Source: Mobula hypostoma | Taxonomy: Eukaryota | DNA length: 64,000 nt | Reading direction: 5' to 3' | Assembly: GCF_963921235.1 (NCBI RefSeq) | Contig: NC_086097.1 | Span: forward strand, 47,494,001-47,558,000 | Part shown: positions 63,611 through 64,000 of the stretch, one piece after another | How the letters are laid out: the number at the start of each line of letters is the position of its first letter | Position numbering within the stretch: position 1 is the stretch's first letter | The notes under the pieces: model-generated | The model's input: the letters and a program-made list of their open reading frames with translations, nothing else | Told to the model about the DNA's origin: nothing | The model's database searches: none | Translations under genes and position numbers: made by a program

Positions 63611-64000
63611 AAAAAAAATACATTTTCTATATGATATACCCTTTTCAGGATCATGACTGACAGCAAGAGAACTGTCAGAAAAGACCTGCATATGGAGAAA
63701 GCAGCACCCGTTACTCTTTTAGGAAAAAAAAGTAACTATGTTCAGGACTAGGTTTTTAAAAATGCTTTCATACTTCATTTTCTTGACCCAAAATTACTGG
63801 CTTCAAAATACCTTGGCATTAAATTAAAAACATTAAGTCAATCTTTAGTATGGATTAACGGTACACGACAACCCCATAACTATTTAAAATCTTTTAATTA
63901 TTGTAGCATACTTACAGCTTCAACATAAGCCACAGACTAATAACAGTACTTTAGTGTTCAGTGTACATTTGATTACAACCATTTTGTCTGAAAAAAATTC

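Noticed and set aside
63640..64000. Next upstream XRCC3 exon
   Set aside because: No - strand frame ending in a ..CINQ-like sequence followed by a donor; it presumably lies beyond the window.

Overview
Repeat-rich vertebrate genomic DNA. The repeat make-up (CR1 LINEs, GIY-YIG Penelope-like elements, Rex1/Babar) suggests a cartilaginous fish, probably a ray; this is inference. Two host genes face tail-to-tail. KLC1 (kinesin light chain 1, + strand) contributes 3' exons at 13154-13284, 25131-25197 and 34750-34836, plus candidate alternative stop exons at 10183 and 1667. XRCC3 (- strand) contributes its last two coding exons at 62620-62574 and 55754-55505, apparently joined by a GC-AG intron. 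The rest is mostly decayed, often nested mobile DNA: CR1, Rex1/Babar, RTE, Penelope-like elements with minimal hammerhead motifs, two Tigger/pogo-type MITEs, an internally deleted ERV, a solo LTR and a near-full-length Hero-type (RLE) non-LTR retrotransposon. The most striking observation is in the Hero-type element (41196-45359, -). It has a ~355-bp terminal direct repeat, and each repeat carries all hammerhead core elements in a rearranged (non-circularly permuted, pseudoknotted) order, suggesting a ribozyme-processed or circular RNA intermediate. Repeat boundaries are approximate unless a TSD or TIR is quoted; family names are from recall, not a database search.
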